DNA from: Promethearchaeota archaeon
Lineage (GTDB): Archaea > Asgardarchaeota > Lokiarchaeia > Sigyniarchaeales > SOKP01
Assembly (NCBI GenBank): GCA_016840165.1
Contig: JAEOSU010000067.1
Span: forward strand, 35,400-99,399
Direction: 5' to 3'
Length of the DNA: 64,000 nucleotides
This document shows, in pieces, positions 61,767 through 64,000 of this stretch. A program made the position numbers and the translations under genes. Positions within the stretch are counted from its first letter, which is position 1. The number at the start of each line of letters is the position of its first letter. Under the pieces are notes generated by a model. The model was not told the origin of the DNA, did not search any database, and saw only the letters and a list, made by a program, of their open reading frames with translations.

Positions 61767-62758
61767 TCGCGTGGATAATATTCATAATGCCCATGAAGGT
61801 TATGCGGTATTACATTTCAATCCTTGTTCGCGTGGATAATATTCATAATGCCCATGAAGGTTATGCGGTATTACATTTCAATCCTTGTTTTAGTGGATAT
61901 TTCTATGCTATTTTAATAGAACTACATTTTAAAAATAATAGAACTTCTTTGTAGTTTCAATCCTTGTTTTAGTGGATATTTCTATGCTATAAAAGAGGAT
62001 GAGGATGACCGAGATTAAAATATCGTTTGTAGTTTCAATCCTTGTTTTAGTGGATATTTCTATGCTATATTTATGGAAGTTCAGATTTGTCATTTTGGAA
62101 AACTGAGTTTCAATCCTTGTTTTAGTGGATATTTCTATGCTATCTTTTTTGGATTTCGTTGTTGGAAGATGTGTTTGCCTGTTTCAATCCTTGTTCACGT
62201 GGATAATATTAGAATTCCTTATGAACAATTTAAACAAGTAGTTTTCAATCCTTGTTCGCGTGGATAATATGAACCTGAAGCTCTTTTAGGGCTTGTAGTT
62301 GGCTTTCAATCCTTGTTCGCGTGGATAATATCATCTAACGCAAATTTCGCTATTTCTGCTTCTCTTTCAATCCTTGTTCGCGTGGATAATATGAATCCAC
62401 AAACGGGAGAAGATACAGGATTACCTTTCAATCCTTGTTCGCGTGGATAATATGCATCTAAAATGTTTACTAATCCAAATGACGCCTTTCAATCCTTGTT
62501 CGCGTGGATAATATTATCGCTTTTTGCTATATTTCTCAATAATATGCTTTCAATCCTTGTTCGCGTGGATAATATAAATGATACCCAATAATTTGTCCTA
62601 GACCTCCTTTTCAATCCTTGTTCGCGTGGATAATATGTAAGAGATTTCATTATGATTCGTTAATATTACTTTCAATCCTTGTTCGCGTGGATAATATGAC
62701 AGAATTTATCAGGATAAAGTTGAATGGGACTTTCAATCCTTGTTCGCGTGGATAATAT
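61767..62758 (-). CRISPR. CRISPR array 1 (chimeric): 11 full and 1 partial type-B repeats, 4 type-A repeats, 15 spacers
   Basis: B core (+ strand) TTTCAATCCTTGTTCGCGTGGATAATAT at 61815, 62182 (CACG variant, preceded by G), 62243, 62304, 62365, 62426, 62487, 62548, 62609, 62670, 62731. A repeat GTTTCAATCCTTGTTTTAGTGGATATTTCTATGCTAT at 61876 (lacking the G), 61954, 62032, 62107. Minus strand inferred from ATTGAAAC/G 3' ends and the decayed left end. Confidence 0.97.
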
Positions 62759-63066
62759 ACTAATTTCTTCCTATTTCATGATACTTACATGAAAATTTGT
62801 TGCCTATAGTATATAGAACGCTTCTTCTATATAAAAATAACTAGTAAACCGATCTAATTTTGATTCCATAATAAAATATGATTATATTAAATATTATTAT
62901 AATTTTTAAAATACGGTCTCAAAAAGATAGAAAAATTTAGAAATTTACTAAAAAATATTAGATAAGTTAATTGGCGTTTTTATAGAAGTTATTCTTAATC
63001 CTTATATAGTGTCTCATCGAGATTATGCCAATCTCGATGATGGCTTGAATTTTTTTAACCACTTGA
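62759..63066 (-). promoter_or_regulatory. AT-rich putative leader of array 1
   Basis: 308-bp non-coding AT-rich stretch next to the homogeneous end of array 1; TATA-like TTTATATA on the minus strand at 62828-62835. Confidence 0.6.
63014..63040. repeat. Perfect 11-bp hairpin between the two arrays
   Basis: TCATCGAGATT-atgcc-AATCTCGATGA. Confidence 0.6.
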
Positions 63067-64000
63067 GTTTCAATCCTTGTTTTAATGGATACTCTTATGC
63101 TATATACTGTAAGGGCATGATACTTGATTTTACTCGTAATGTTTCAATCCTTGTTTTAATGGATACTCTTATGTTATAATAAAAAAGTATATACAAAAAA
63201 GGAGTGATAAAAAAAGTTTCAATCCTTGTTGTAGTGGATATTTCTATGCTATCTTCAGAAGTAATGAGATATGAAAGACAATTATCTAGTTTCAATCCTT
63301 GTTTTAGTGGATATTTCTATGCTATCATGGAAATAGTGGATATAGTTATTACTGATAATATAGAGTTTCAATCCTTGTTTTAGTGGATATTTCTATGCTA
63401 TTTCCTACTTCCGAATTTAATATGATGTGTGGTTATAAGTTTCAATCCTTGTTGTAGTGGATATTTCTATGCTATATGGGCTTTTTGGGCAGCTAAGCGT
63501 TATTATTCTCCTACGTTTCAATCCTTGTTTTAGTGGATATTTCTATGCTATCGCCCTTAAAGCCCCCTTACAGATTATTAAAGCCTTAGGTTTCAATCCT
63601 TGTTGTAGTGGATATTTCTATGCTATAGGAATAGAATAAAATGATAATTGAAAACAAAACATCTGTTTCAATCCTTGTTTTAGTGGATATTTCTATGCTA
63701 TTCATCTACCTTGGACTATCATTGATGAATCTAAAGAAGGGTTTCAATCCTTGTTTTAGTGGATATTTCTATGCTATTTTGTTGTAAATATGTTTTCAAT
63801 AATGATTTATCTTCATGTTTCAATCCTTGTTTTAGTGGATATTTCTATGCTATTTACTAAAAAATTCCGCTATCGATGATATTTTAAATGGGTTTCAATC
63901 CTTGTTTTAGTGGATATTTCTATGCTATCATTCCTATAGTAGAGAGGGTTATAAGAGAAAGAAAGTTTCAATCCTTGTTTTAGTGGATATTTCTATGCTA
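63067..64000 (-). CRISPR. CRISPR array 2: at least 13 type-A 37-bp repeats and 12 spacers of 36-39 bp; runs off the window
   Basis: Repeats at 63067, 63141, 63216, 63289, 63365, 63439, 63515, 63590, 63665, 63741, 63817, 63892 and 63965; minus-strand repeat ATAGCATAGAAATATCCACTAAAACAAGGATTGAAAC; divergent copies at the left (trailer) end. Confidence 0.98.

Noticed and set aside
63326-63364. Spacer containing TAGTGGATAT (as in repeat A) and GATAATAT (as in repeat B)
   Set aside because: Short AT-rich matches; the spacer has normal length and reads as coding sequence, so probably chance.
62073-63639. ORFs 62073-62267, 63095-63295 and 63457-63639
   Set aside because: They are translations of CRISPR repeats and spacers.

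Overview
AT-rich archaeal DNA; the protein families and style suggest an Asgard archaeon (Lokiarchaeia-like), which is inference. (1) 1-14.3 kb holds ordinary metabolic and transport genes: F420-dependent NADP oxidoreductase family, DUF1028-TPR, Zn-dependent dehydrogenase, two MBL-fold hydrolases, LsrF, M28 peptidase, D-aminoacylase, an ABC ATPase and a permease-CPBP fusion. (2) 14.7-57.4 kb is dominated by one uninterrupted 38.6-kb ORF of 12,880 aa. It has about 11 N-terminal TM helices, a huge acidic body with LamG/ConA-like, Ig-like and DxDxDG motifs, late hydrophobic helices, and a C-terminal GIY-YIG nuclease with its motif residues present. This resembles a giant surface-anchored polymorphic toxin, or a sensor-nuclease. 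It is flanked by a convergent immunity-like/LRR gene, an abutting small upstream ORF, an 11-bp palindrome, a divergent winged-HTH gene and a duplicated multi-HTH gene. (3) 57.6-64 kb is defence-like: a structured ~120-bp element, DUF4238, AbiV and two CRISPR arrays, with no cas genes in the window. Array 1 is chimeric: four 37-bp repeats with variable-length spacers sit inside an array of related 28(+1)-bp repeats with a strict 61-bp period, and both junction repeats are hybrids.
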